Of a stretch of 64,000 bases of DNA, positions 1-9,497 are shown piece by piece. Positions within the stretch are counted from its first letter, which is position 1; each line of letters starts with the position of its first letter. The DNA is taken from positions 416,001 to 480,000 of the forward strand of contig CAWKNZ010000007.1 of the NCBI GenBank assembly GCA_963851265.1, in the 5' to 3' direction. The notes under the pieces were generated by a model that was not told the origin of the DNA, did not search any database, and worked only from the letters and a program-made list of their open reading frames with translations. The DNA comes from an uncultured Gemmatimonadales bacterium. Its GTDB lineage: Bacteria; Gemmatimonadota; Gemmatimonadetes; Gemmatimonadales; Gemmatimonadaceae. The position numbers and the translations under genes are program-made.

Positions 1-206
1 CCGCGCGGCGCGTGCCGCCCACCGGGGACGTCGACGCACGCGCACACCTGCTCGCGCTCGCGGCGGACGTTGACCGGTGGCAGACGCGGCGCGAAGCCCC
101 GCGACCGACGCCCGCGCTCGTCGCGCCCCCGGGTGACCCGTTTGGCGAGGGGTGGTTCGGCGACGATTGGTAGGCGCCGTCCGGACCACCCGGCCGGACC
201 GGAGCG

Positions 207-653
207 TCAGGTGGCGTCCGGGTCGGCCATGATCTCGACGAGGTTGCCGTCCGGGTCGCGGACGGCCGCCTCGTAGTAGCCGTCTCCGGTGAGGCGGGGC
301 CCGGATTCGACGGGCACCCCGTCCGCGCGGAGGCGCGCCGCGAGAGCGTCCACCGCCGCGCGCGAGCCGACCGCGAGAGCGAGGTGGGCGTACCCGACGA
401 CCTCCCCCAGCGCCGCGGGTGCGAGCGCCGGGGCCGTCATCAGCTCGATGCGCGCGCCGTGTTCGCGCGCGGTCGGATGCGAGTCGTCGCGGACCGACGC
501 CGGGAAGTGCAGGAAGTACGACGCGAACCCCGGGCGGCGCGCGCTCGCGTAGCGCGGTCCGACGGTCGCGCCGAAGTACGTCACGTAGAACGCACGTAAC
601 CGTTCGAGGCTGTCCGCGTCGTGCGTCCAGACCGCGACGTGGTCGACGCGCAT
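207..653 (-). CDS. VOC/glyoxalase family protein
   Basis: Starts MRVDHVAVW; contains GYAHLALAVGS and GDGYYEAAVRDPDGNLVEI, typical of the vicinal-oxygen-chelate fold. Confidence 0.9.
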   Translation of the reverse strand: MRVDHVAVWTHDADSLERLRAFYVTYFGATVGPRYASARRPGFASYFLHFPASVRDDSHPTAREHGARIELMTAPALAPAALGEVVGYAHLALAVGSRAAVDALAARLRADGVPVESGPRLTGDGYYEAAVRDPDGNLVEIMADPDAT

Positions 654-684
654 GGCGTCGTGCGACGGCGAATGGGGCGCCGCG

Positions 685-1326
685 TCAGAACGCGCGGTTG
701 ATACTCTGGCCGCAGACCGTGCCGCTCACCGATCCCGTCCCGGCGGGCGCCACGCTCGCCGTGTAGTCGAGCTGACAGCTACCGCCCGACCAGCTGAATC
801 CCCCGGAAATGCGGACCGTCGCGATCCCCGACTGCGCGAACGCCGCCACCGGTATGGCGATCGCCATTGCGATCGCCGGCGCGCCCGTCACCGCGACGTT
901 GCGGTCACCAGCCGACACCACGCAGCCCTGCGGAGTGGACGTGATCGTGCTCGTGATCGTTCCGCTGCCACGCTCGTCCAGGTTTTCGGTGAAGGTCGCC
1001 GTACCCGTGACCGAACCGCCGAGCGGGCATGCCTCGCTGAACGAAACGGGTGACAGAACGAGCCGCGGCAGCCCGTCCGCTGCCGAGGCGGGCGCGGTTG
1101 GCGCGCGCGAGAACGCGAGCGACGCCGGAATGCCGGCGAGGTGCGTCGCACCGCCCACCGCGCCGTACATCTGCGCGACGAACGCACTCGCGATCGCGCC
1201 GGCCTCGTCGGCGCTGAGCCGGTTCGCCGGGTTTCTCGCGGGGTCGGTGGCGGACGAACACGCCGCAGCGAGCGTCGTGCTGGCGGCCACGCCGAACAGC
1301 GCCGGCCGACTTTTAGTGCGTAGCAT
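685..1326 (-). CDS. Hypothetical lipoprotein
   Basis: Likely start MLRTKSRP (ATG at 1326); lipobox-like LAAAC; beta-rich, Cys-containing C-terminal part. Confidence 0.6.
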   Translation of the reverse strand: MLRTKSRPALFGVAASTTLAAACSSATDPARNPANRLSADEAGAIASAFVAQMYGAVGGATHLAGIPASLAFSRAPTAPASAADGLPRLVLSPVSFSEACPLGGSVTGTATFTENLDERGSGTITSTITSTPQGCVVSAGDRNVAVTGAPAIAMAIAIPVAAFAQSGIATVRISGGFSWSGGSCQLDYTASVAPAGTGSVSGTVCGQSINRAF

Positions 1327-1398
1327 TCGGTGGACCTCTGGCGCGTGTCGGACGGGGACGAGCGCGCACCCCGCCGCTCGCCCCGCGGCCGCGTGCTC

Positions 1399-1436
1399 GT
1401 GCCGGGCAATACTGACCCGGCACCACGAGCTGTCAA
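1399..1436 (-). promoter_or_regulatory. TTGACA -35-like box with adjacent inverted repeat GTGCCGGG/CCCGGCAC
   Basis: TTGACA on the minus strand at 1436-1431; 8-bp inverted repeat at 1399-1406/1416-1423 between the end of the oxidase operon and the lipoprotein gene. Confidence 0.35.
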
Positions 1437-1472
1437 TACGCGGGCGCCGCAACGGGCCGTCCTACGGGCCCG

Positions 1473-2852
1473 CTACTGCTCCAGCGTGTACAGGTACGCC
1501 GCGATGTCGCGCGCGTCGCCGTCGGTGACGCCGAGGTTGGGCATCGCGTTGCCGGGCGCGACCGACTGCGGCATCACGATCCACTGGACCAGATGCTCGG
1601 GCGTGTTGGCGAGGTAGCCCGCGATGATCGCGCGCTCGCGCCAGCCGGTGAGCGGCGGGCCGACCATCCCGTCGGCGCCGCGGATGCCGGGAATCAGGTG
1701 GCACGATCCGCAGCCGTACGTGCGGATGGCGCGCGCGCCGCGGGCCGGGTCTGCCGCGAGGTGCGCGCCGCCCTGGATGGACGCGAGTTCGCCCGTGCTC
1801 GCCAGATCACCGCCGACCTCGCTCCCCTCGCGGCGGCCCTCGCCCCCGCATGCGCCGAGCAACACGAACACGAGGAGCGCCGCGGCCGTCGCGCCGAACG
1901 CGTGCGCCGACCGGAGCCCGCGCGCCGGCGCGCCACGCGACCGGCGCGCGTCGGCGAGCATCCACCGCGCCGCGAGTGCGAGCGCGGCGCCGACGTAGAC
2001 GAGCCCCGCCGGCACCCACATCACGAGCCCGGCCAGTTGCTGATCGGCGATGAGCGTCGTGTGCCACGCGCGCGCGCCCGCCGCGTGCACGGGGTACCAC
2101 GGCGCGCGCGAGAAGGCGAGCAGCGCGCCCATCGCGCTGCCCAGCAGCCCCATGCTCATCACGTACAGGATGCCGGCCGCCTCGCCGAGCACCCGACGCC
2201 CGGTCGGCTGCGCCACGCGCCACCAGAACAGCCACGCCGTGCCGAGGAAGCTGACGTGCTCCAGCGCGTGCACCGCGTCGTTGCCTAACGCCGCCGAGTA
2301 GAGGACGGGGACGTGCCAGGCGACGAGCGCCACCGCGTGGAGCAGCCACGCCGCGGCCGGGGTGGCGACGGCGTGCGTGACCGCGCGCGCCGCCCGCTGC
2401 GGCGCGCGCCGCGCGTTCCACCACCTGGCCAGCGCGCGCCGGGCGCCCGCCGGCGGCGCCCACGCGAGCGCGAGCGGCAGGTTGGCGAGGGCGAGCAGCG
2501 GGGCGGCGACGAGGATCAGCAACAGGTGCTGGGCCATGTGCGCCGAGAAGAGCGCGTCTGCCACGGCATCGAATGGGGACACGAGCGCGGCGAGCAGGAC
2601 GACGATGGCCGCCGCGAACGCCCGCGCCTGCGCGATGCGGACCCCGCGCCCGCGACCCGCCCGCGCCCAGATCCGGCGCACGCCGAGCGCGTACGCCGCG
2701 GCGAGCAGGAGCGACGCGACGAGCGGGCCGACGTCGGGCGCCCACCCACCGGCGGCGCCCACCGCGTGCTGGCCCACCGGGTGCGCCCACGCCACCGCGG
2801 GTGTGAGCAGGGCGGCCAGGACGAACCGAACGTGTCGCGCGGTCACCGACAT
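1473..2852 (-). CDS. ctaG: caa3-type cytochrome c oxidase assembly factor (CtaG family) fused to a C-terminal cytochrome c
   Basis: FSAHMAQHLLL, WHVP, HALEH and DQQLAGLVMWVP motifs of caa3_CtaG; C-terminal CGSCH heme motif, GPPL and distal Met (AMP). Confidence 0.85.
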   Translation of the reverse strand: MSVTARHVRFVLAALLTPAVAWAHPVGQHAVGAAGGWAPDVGPLVASLLLAAAYALGVRRIWARAGRGRGVRIAQARAFAAAIVVLLAALVSPFDAVADALFSAHMAQHLLLILVAAPLLALANLPLALAWAPPAGARRALARWWNARRAPQRAARAVTHAVATPAAAWLLHAVALVAWHVPVLYSAALGNDAVHALEHVSFLGTAWLFWWRVAQPTGRRVLGEAAGILYVMSMGLLGSAMGALLAFSRAPWYPVHAAGARAWHTTLIADQQLAGLVMWVPAGLVYVGAALALAARWMLADARRSRGAPARGLRSAHAFGATAAALLVFVLLGACGGEGRREGSEVGGDLASTGELASIQGGAHLAADPARGARAIRTYGCGSCHLIPGIRGADGMVGPPLTGWRERAIIAGYLANTPEHLVQWIVMPQSVAPGNAMPNLGVTDGDARDIAAYLYTLEQ

Positions 2853-3265
2853 CCCTCCACGAACGCGGCGCCCGTCGCCAGTACGATGCCGATGAGGGCG
2901 ATCGCCGCGAGCACGCCGCCGAAGAGGGCGAGGAACGCGGCCCGTTCATTCCGGACCCCAGTGCCGACGATGTCGGCGTGCGGAAAGCGGCGGCGCCCGC
3001 GCGCGAGCGCGACCGTCACGAGCGCCATGAGCACGAGCGCGACGGCCGACGCGGGAAGCGAGATCGCGCGCGGCCCGCCTCCGGCCCGGCACGCGTTGTA
3101 CGACCCGATGTAACTCACCGCCTCGTGGAGCGCCCAGACGATCGGTCCGAGCGCGAACCAGATCCAGAGTCGCCGCAGGGCGCCCGGCGGCGGTGGCGGC
3201 GCCGAGGGCTTCCCGCCCGATGCGGACGGTGCGGGTGCCGAGGAGGACGTTGCGGATGCGGCCAT
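2843..3265 (-). CDS. Small 3-TM membrane protein in the oxidase operon
   Basis: Three hydrophobic segments; lies between coxC and ctaG and overlaps the ctaG start. Confidence 0.65.
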   Translation of the reverse strand: MAASATSSSAPAPSASGGKPSAPPPPPGALRRLWIWFALGPIVWALHEAVSYIGSYNACRAGGGPRAISLPASAVALVLMALVTVALARGRRRFPHADIVGTGVRNERAAFLALFGGVLAAIALIGIVLATGAAFVEGCR

Positions 3266-3275
3266 CAGTCCCTCC

Positions 3276-3899
3276 TCAGAAGCGCGGCGCGAGGTAGAGC
3301 GACGTGAACACGATGAGCCACACCGCGTCGACGAAATGCCAGTACAACACCGTGTTGTTCACCGCGAGCGTGCGCCCGGGCGGAAACGCCCCCGTGATCG
3401 CGCGCAGCAGCGTGTGGCCGAGCGCGAGCAGCCCGGCGAACACGTGCGCGCCGTGGAACCCGGTGATCGTGTAGAACATCGAGCCGTACGCGTCGGTCTG
3501 CGGCCGGAACTCCGCGCGCGACCACTCGAGCCCCTGCACGCCGAGGAACACCGCGCCCATCACGATCGTGAGCGCGAGGCCCGCGATGAGGCCGCCGCGG
3601 TTGCCGCGGTCGGCGCTCCGGTCGGCCCACCACGCCGCGCCGCTGCTCGCGACGAGCAGCGCGGTGTTGGGCGCGACGAGCGCGAGCGGCGGCGCGCCGG
3701 TGGTCGGCCAGGTCGCGTGCTGCACGGCGAGGTAGAAGTAGCTCCCGAGCAGGTAGCTGAACAGCGCGGCCTCGGTCGCGAGCAGCACCATCATCCCCCA
3801 CCAGCCCACGTCGTGCCCGCCGCGCCCGGCGGACACCGGCGGGCGCGCGGGCGCGCCCGCGGCGACGTCGTTAGGCGCCGTCGCGCCGGCCGCGCTCAC
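3276..3899 (-). CDS. ctaE: Cytochrome c oxidase subunit III (short form)
   Basis: LATEAALF, FYTITGFHGAHV and YWHFVDAVW motifs; GTG start at 3899 overlaps the coxA stop (GTGA). Confidence 0.92.
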   Translation of the reverse strand: MSAAGATAPNDVAAGAPARPPVSAGRGGHDVGWWGMMVLLATEAALFSYLLGSYFYLAVQHATWPTTGAPPLALVAPNTALLVASSGAAWWADRSADRGNRGGLIAGLALTIVMGAVFLGVQGLEWSRAEFRPQTDAYGSMFYTITGFHGAHVFAGLLALGHTLLRAITGAFPPGRTLAVNNTVLYWHFVDAVWLIVFTSLYLAPRF

Positions 3900-5899
3900 G
3901 CCGTACCCCCGCCGTAGGCGGGCTCGGCGCCGCCGTCGCCGCTCCGCGGCGGCACGCCCGGCGCGTGGTGCCCGGCCGGCCAGAACCACGCGCCCAGTGC
4001 GAGGACCGTCGCCGCCACCCCGAGCACCGACGGCCAGAAGCCGCGCAGCATGAGCCCCCAGAACAGCAGCGCGAGCGCGGCCGCGAGCGCGAGCGGCCAC
4101 GGCGAGTCGCCGGGCATGTGCATGATCCCCTCGTCACCCGCGTCCATCACCGTCGTGCCGAGCGTCTCGCGGCCCTCGAGCAGCGTCGCCCCGCGCGCGC
4201 CCGAGTCCAGGGCCGCGATCTCGTCGGCGCCCTGCTCCCACAGCGGCTCACGCCCGCGCACGGTCGGGATGCGCGCGAAGTTGTACGCCGGCGGCGGCGA
4301 GCTCACCGACCACTCCAACGTGCTCGCGCCCCACGGGTTGTCGCCGGCCGGCTCGCCGCCGGCCAACGAGCGCACCACGTTCGCGAGGAAGACGAGGAAG
4401 CCGATCGAGAAGATCGCCGCCCCGATCGTCGACCACATGTTCGCGCTGTCGAACCCCATCCCCTGCGCGTACGTGTAGACCCGCCGCGGCATCCCGGCGA
4501 GGCCGAGCTGGTGCATGGGCCAGAAGAGCACGTTCGCCCCGACGAACAGCAGCCCGAACGAGAGCTTGCCGAGCCCCTCGTGCATCATCTTGCCGGTGAA
4601 CTTCGGGAACCAGTAGTGGATGCCCGCGAGCACCGGGAACACGTTCGCGCCGACGAGGACGTAGTGCAGGTGCGCCACCACGAAGTACGTGTCGGTCACC
4701 TGGCGGTCGAAGGCGACGAGGCCCGTCATCACGCCGCTCAGCCCCCCAATCACGAACAGGAGGAGGAACCCGATGCAGTACAGGAAGGGCGTCTTGTAGA
4801 CCGGCTTCCCGAACCAGATCGTGGTCACCCAGGCCACTGTCGTGATGCCGCTCGGCAGCGACACGGTCATGCTCGCCGCCGAAAAGAACGACGTCGACAT
4901 CGCCGACATGCCGGTCACGAACATGTGGTGCGCCCACACGCCGAAGCCGAAGATCGCCACCGCGACGCTCGCCAGCGCGACGAGCGTGTACGCGGCGAGC
5001 GGCCGGCGGCAGAATGTCGGAATGATGGTCGAGACGATACCGAACGCCGGCAGCACGACGACGTACACCCACGGGTGCCCGAACACCCAGAACAGGTGCT
5101 GCCAGAGGAGCGCGCTGCCGCCGCCCTGGGGGTCGAAGAAGTGCATGCCGTAGCGCCGGTCGAGCTCGAGGAAGACGAGCGCGACGGTGAGCGACGGCAA
5201 CGCGAAGACGATCGCCACCGACGCGCTCAGCGTGCTCCACACGTAGATCGGCATCCGGTTGATCGACATTCCCGGCGCCCGCAACTTCGCGATGCTGACG
5301 ATGAAGTTGGCCGCGCCCACCGTCGTCGAGATCGTCAGGAACAGCAGCCCGAGCGCGTAGAAGTCGAGGTTCGGCCCCGGCGAGTACGCGCGCGAGGTGA
5401 GCGGCACGTACGCGAACCAGCCGCCGTCGGGCGCCTGGCCGACGAGGATGCTGCCGTAGAGGAAGCACCCCGCGAACAGGAAGCTCCAATAGCTGAACGC
5501 GTTGAGGCGCGGGAACGCCATGTCGCGCGAGCCGATCAGCAGCGGCACGAGGTAGTTGCTGAAGCCCGACAGCACCGGCGATGCGTAGAGGAAGATCATC
5601 GCCGTGCCGTGCATGCTGAACAGCTGGTTGTACGCCTCGGGCGAGAGGAACCGCGAGTCGGGGCGCGCGAGCTGCACGCGCATGAGCGCCGCGTCCGCGC
5701 CGGCGAGCACGAAGAAGAACGCCGCCGTCCACAGGTAGCGGATCCCGATCGTCTTGTGGTCGACGCTCGTGAGCGCGCCGGCGAGCGTGCGCGGGGTTTC
5801 CCAGATCCACCGCAGCCGTTCGACGGCGGCGCGCGGGTCCGTCGCGCGCGGGTCGGCGGGGGCGACGGGGACGGGCGTGGGTTCGACGCGCGTGGCCAT
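3896..5899 (-). CDS. ctaD: Heme-copper oxidase subunit I (A-family-like, atypical proton-channel residues)
   Basis: DHKTIG, HGTAM, DMAFPRLN, GHPWVY, WAHHM, VAHLHY and GMPRR motifs; ATG at 5899 overlaps the coxB stop (TAATG). Confidence 0.95.
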   Translation of the reverse strand: MATRVEPTPVPVAPADPRATDPRAAVERLRWIWETPRTLAGALTSVDHKTIGIRYLWTAAFFFVLAGADAALMRVQLARPDSRFLSPEAYNQLFSMHGTAMIFLYASPVLSGFSNYLVPLLIGSRDMAFPRLNAFSYWSFLFAGCFLYGSILVGQAPDGGWFAYVPLTSRAYSPGPNLDFYALGLLFLTISTTVGAANFIVSIAKLRAPGMSINRMPIYVWSTLSASVAIVFALPSLTVALVFLELDRRYGMHFFDPQGGGSALLWQHLFWVFGHPWVYVVVLPAFGIVSTIIPTFCRRPLAAYTLVALASVAVAIFGFGVWAHHMFVTGMSAMSTSFFSAASMTVSLPSGITTVAWVTTIWFGKPVYKTPFLYCIGFLLLFVIGGLSGVMTGLVAFDRQVTDTYFVVAHLHYVLVGANVFPVLAGIHYWFPKFTGKMMHEGLGKLSFGLLFVGANVLFWPMHQLGLAGMPRRVYTYAQGMGFDSANMWSTIGAAIFSIGFLVFLANVVRSLAGGEPAGDNPWGASTLEWSVSSPPPAYNFARIPTVRGREPLWEQGADEIAALDSGARGATLLEGRETLGTTVMDAGDEGIMHMPGDSPWPLALAAALALLFWGLMLRGFWPSVLGVAATVLALGAWFWPAGHHAPGVPPRSGDGGAEPAYGGGTA

Positions 5900-6933
5900 T
5901 AGTGCAAGCTCTCGAGGTAGGCGACCACGGCCTGCAGGTCGGCGCCGGACATCGCGACGACGGGCATCCGGTTGCCGGGTTTGATCCGCTGCGGGTCGCC
6001 CACCCAGCCGGCGAGGTCGCCGCGCGTGTTGGGCAGCGTCCCGGCGGCGAGCGTGGCGCGGCTCGCCAGGTGTGTGAGGTCGGGCCCGGCCTGCCCGCCG
6101 AACTCGGTGCCGCGTACCGCGTGACATCCCGCGCAGCCGAGCGACGCGAACGCGACGCGCCCGGCCTGCTCGTCGGGGCGGGTGGCGGGCGCCGCGGGCG
6201 CGTGCTGCGCGGCGAGCCACTCGCCATACTCCACCGGCGTCTGGGCGACGACGGTGAACCCCATGTGCGCGTGCTGCTGCCCGCAGAACTCGCCGCACTC
6301 GCCGTAGTACGTGCCCGCCGTGTCGGCCTCGAGCCAGATCGTGTTCACCTGACCGGCGACGAGGTCGGTCTTGCCGGCGAGCTGCGGCACCCAGAAGGAG
6401 TGATTCACGTCTTGCGTGCTGAGGGCGATGCTGACGCGCCGGCCGACGGGCACGTGCAACTCGTTCGCGGTGACGACGCCGCTCTTCGGATAGCGCACCT
6501 CCCACCACCACTGGTGCCCGACGACCACCGCATCGGCGCGCGCGGCGGCGTCGGGGTCGTTGACGGCGAACGGCTGCGCCTGCGCGTTGGTCTTCACCGT
6601 CGACCAGACGAACACGGCGGCCAGCACGAGCGCCGGCAGCACGAGGCCTAACATCAGGATGCCGCGCACCTCGTCCGGGTGGTCGTGCTGGTCGCGCGCG
6701 GACGCCGCGGCCCCGGCGACCGAGAGGTCGCCGCGCCCGCGGTTGCGCCAGAGGGGCGTCGCGAGAAAGCCGATGAAGATCAGGAAGACGATCGTCGAGA
6801 TCGCGATCAGCGCCCAGCCGAGCGCCGCCGACTCGACGGCCGCGCGCCCGCGGGCCGCGAAGATGGACAGCGTCGTCGGCGTCTGCGTCGGGATGAGCGC
6901 GAGCACCGCCAGCGTGGCACGCAGCGCCGTCAC
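5899..6933 (-). CDS. ctaC: Cytochrome c oxidase subunit II with CuA site and fused cytochrome c (caa3 type)
   Basis: GHQWWW, DVNHSFWVP, CGEFCGQQHAHM (CuA) and C-terminal CAGCH...GPDL...MP; GTG start at 6933 overlaps the upstream stop. Confidence 0.93.
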   Translation of the reverse strand: MTALRATLAVLALIPTQTPTTLSIFAARGRAAVESAALGWALIAISTIVFLIFIGFLATPLWRNRGRGDLSVAGAAASARDQHDHPDEVRGILMLGLVLPALVLAAVFVWSTVKTNAQAQPFAVNDPDAAARADAVVVGHQWWWEVRYPKSGVVTANELHVPVGRRVSIALSTQDVNHSFWVPQLAGKTDLVAGQVNTIWLEADTAGTYYGECGEFCGQQHAHMGFTVVAQTPVEYGEWLAAQHAPAAPATRPDEQAGRVAFASLGCAGCHAVRGTEFGGQAGPDLTHLASRATLAAGTLPNTRGDLAGWVGDPQRIKPGNRMPVVAMSGADLQAVVAYLESLH

Positions 6934-7640
6934 GGGCCGGTGGTGCGCGGGGCGACGACGAGCGAGCCGGTGGCGTGGCGCGCGTGGCCGCCCGGCCACG
7001 GCTCGCCGCGCGTCTGCGCGATGGCCCAGACGTAGGCCGCGACCTCGCGCGTCTCGTCGGCCGTGAGGTCGCCGTAGAGTCCGCGCATCGGCATCGCCAC
7101 CTGCGAGCGGGTGATGTTTTCGGGCACGCCGTTGAGGATGAGAGAGTCGGCACCCGCCCACCCGGCCGCGTTCTCGATCGGCACGTAGATGAGACCGGCC
7201 GTCAGGGAGGACCCGCGCTTGGGAAGACCGGTCGCCTCCATGCCGTGGCACTGAAAGCAGCCGCCCTTCCCGTGGAAGATCGCGTCGCCCGCGACGATGT
7301 CGTCCACGCGCATGCTGTCGGGGAGGGTGGGCAGCGTATCGGGCTGAGACTCCTCGTCGGTCTCCGTGACGCGCGCCAGCGCGAGCGGGGTCGTGCTCGC
7401 GAACACGCTCGCGCCGGTCGACGACGCCGCGCCGGGCGGCGCGACGGCGCCGAGCGTGCGGAGCGCGCCATACGGCTGGTCGCTGCCGCGCGCCGCGTTG
7501 GTCGCATGCAGGAGGTCGGTCGCGAGAAGTCCTCCACCCACGACGATCACGGTCGCGACCGCCCAGACGGCGCGCCGGCTCACGCGTGGCTCCGCCGGCG
7601 GCTCTGCTCGGGGCGAATCGGTTGGCTGCGGTGTTGGCAC
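6930..7640 (-). CDS. Membrane-anchored monoheme cytochrome c
   Basis: N-terminal TM helix; CFQCH; AMPMRG distal Met; paralog of 9498..10235. Confidence 0.85.
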   Translation of the reverse strand: MPTPQPTDSPRAEPPAEPRVSRRAVWAVATVIVVGGGLLATDLLHATNAARGSDQPYGALRTLGAVAPPGAASSTGASVFASTTPLALARVTETDEESQPDTLPTLPDSMRVDDIVAGDAIFHGKGGCFQCHGMEATGLPKRGSSLTAGLIYVPIENAAGWAGADSLILNGVPENITRSQVAMPMRGLYGDLTADETREVAAYVWAIAQTRGEPWPGGHARHATGSLVVAPRTTGP

Positions 7641-7643
7641 GGC

Positions 7644-9482
7644 TCAGTGTTTTCCGCCGCTACTGCCGCCGCTACTCGGCCGCGGGAGCGTGTCGACGGT
7701 GGTGACCGTCGGTGAGGTGGTGCGACCGCGCGCGTCGAGCGTGAACACGACGACCTCGTCCCCGCGCGGCGTGTTGGCGAGCAGGTTCCCGCCCGCGGCC
7801 ACGGCGACGTACTGCACGCCGTCGATCGCGTAGGTCATCGGCGGGGCGTTCACGCCGGCGCGCGCCGTGTACGCCCAGAGCTGCGCGCCGGTGCGCGCGT
7901 CGAGCGCAAGCACCTTCTTGTCGGACGTTCCCGTGAACATCAGACCGCCCGCCGTGGCGAGCGCGCCTCCGACCATCGGCTTCGGCGTCGGCACGAGCCA
8001 CGCGACGCGCCCGGTGTTCACGTCCACCGCGGAGATCGTTCCCGTGGGCTTCGACGTCGACGGGTAGTACCGGCCGCCGACGTACCACGCCCCGGGGTCG
8101 CGCTCCTCGTGCCGGCGCTTGTACAGGAAGGGCTCGCGCAACCCGAGGATGTACACGAGCCCGGTCTGCGGGCTGTACGCCGTGGGCGACCACTGCGAGC
8201 CGCCGAAGGCCCCGATCTGCTGCACCACGCCGCCCTGCAGCGGCGGGGCGGGGAAGGTCGGGCCGATGCCCGTGAACGGATCGGAGCGGCGGATGGGTGC
8301 CCCGGTGCGGCGGTCGACGATGAAGAACCACCCGGCCTTGCCCGCCTCGCCGGCGGCCGGCACCACGCGCCCCGACGCGTCGCGCACGTCGAACAGCACC
8401 ACCGGACTGGCGAGGTCGAGGTCCCACGTGTCGTGCGCGACTTCCTGCGCGCACCACGCGCGCTTGCCGGTGCGGTAGTCGACGGCGATGATGCTGTTGG
8501 CGCACAGGTTGTCGCCCGGCCGCACCGAGCCGTCGACGTCGGGCGACGTGTTGCCGGTCGAGAAGATCGCGTAGTGCAGCACCGTGTCTATGGCCGGGTT
8601 GTTCCAGACCGGCGCGCCGCCGTGCTTCCACGCGTCCGCGTACTTGGCGCTGTCGCGGTGTTCCTGCGCGAGGTCGCGGTGGAAGTCCGCGCCGAACGCG
8701 TCGCTCGCACCGAACTTCCCCCACCAGCCGCCGTCCTCGGGTCCCAACACCGTGTGAAAGCGCCAGAGTTCGTCGCCGCTGCGCGTGTCGAGCGCGACGA
8801 CGAAGCCGCGGATGCCGTACTCGCCGCCGCTCACCCCGAGCATCACCCGGTTCTCGATCACCGTGGGCGCCGCGCTGAAGCTGTAGCCCTGGGTGTTGTC
8901 GGCGACCTTGCGGTCCCACAGCAGGTGCCCCGTCGCCGCGTCCAGCGCCACGATGCGCGCGTCGAGCAGGCCCAGAAACACCCGGCCGCCGTACACGGCG
9001 ACCCCGCGGTTCATCGCCCCGCAGCAGATCACCGTCTTGCCGAGCTCGGGTACCCATTCCCAGCGCTTCGCACCGGTTCGCGCGTCGAGCGCGATCACGT
9101 GGTCGAGCGCGGTCGAGAGGTACATCGTGCCGTCGACCACGACCGGCGTGGCCTCGAACACGTGCGGCACGCCGGTCTTGTAGACCCAGGCGACGCCGAG
9201 GCGGCCGACGTTGGTCGTCGTGACCTGTGTGAGCGGCGACCAGCGCTGGTTGGAGTAGTCGCGCCCGTTGAGCGCCCACGCGCCCGTGTCGGCGAGGGCG
9301 CGGCGGAGGGCGGCGTCGGCCGTGCGCGCGTCGTCGGTGCGCACGGTCACGTGTGCGGCGGCGTCCGGCGTCCCGGCCGCGGCGGCGCGACCGCATCGTG
9401 TGGTCGCGGCGACCGCGGCGAGCGGGAGCAGCGCGGCCGCGCCGCGGCGCAGCGTTAGGCGAATCATACTCGGCGGCATCAT
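7644..9482 (-). CDS. PQQ-dependent dehydrogenase (methanol/ethanol family), copy 1
   Basis: GRDYSNQRWSPL, EATPVVVDG, vicinal ICCG, NRG, GGEYG, TGN, HDTWDLD and repeated W-type beta-propeller motifs. Confidence 0.92.
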   Translation of the reverse strand: MMPPSMIRLTLRRGAAALLPLAAVAATTRCGRAAAAGTPDAAAHVTVRTDDARTADAALRRALADTGAWALNGRDYSNQRWSPLTQVTTTNVGRLGVAWVYKTGVPHVFEATPVVVDGTMYLSTALDHVIALDARTGAKRWEWVPELGKTVICCGAMNRGVAVYGGRVFLGLLDARIVALDAATGHLLWDRKVADNTQGYSFSAAPTVIENRVMLGVSGGEYGIRGFVVALDTRSGDELWRFHTVLGPEDGGWWGKFGASDAFGADFHRDLAQEHRDSAKYADAWKHGGAPVWNNPAIDTVLHYAIFSTGNTSPDVDGSVRPGDNLCANSIIAVDYRTGKRAWCAQEVAHDTWDLDLASPVVLFDVRDASGRVVPAAGEAGKAGWFFIVDRRTGAPIRRSDPFTGIGPTFPAPPLQGGVVQQIGAFGGSQWSPTAYSPQTGLVYILGLREPFLYKRRHEERDPGAWYVGGRYYPSTSKPTGTISAVDVNTGRVAWLVPTPKPMVGGALATAGGLMFTGTSDKKVLALDARTGAQLWAYTARAGVNAPPMTYAIDGVQYVAVAAGGNLLANTPRGDEVVVFTLDARGRTTSPTVTTVDTLPRPSSGGSSGGKH

Positions 9483-9497
9483 CGACTCGGCGTCATC

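Noticed and set aside
3965..5902. Long antisense/alternate-frame ORFs (e.g. 3965..5902 +, 7672..9396 -, 20184..22175 +, 39615..41471 +)
   Set aside because: Shadow ORFs expected in ~75% GC DNA; Arg/Ala/Pro-rich with no motifs and overlapping well-supported genes.
3896..7153. Apparent 1085-aa subunit I and other N-terminally extended ORFs (9498..11924, 17899..20961, 26757..29435, 56130..57920)
   Set aside because: The extensions are stop-free read-through into neighbouring genes in other frames; real starts are marked by stop/start overlaps, SD sequences or -10 boxes.
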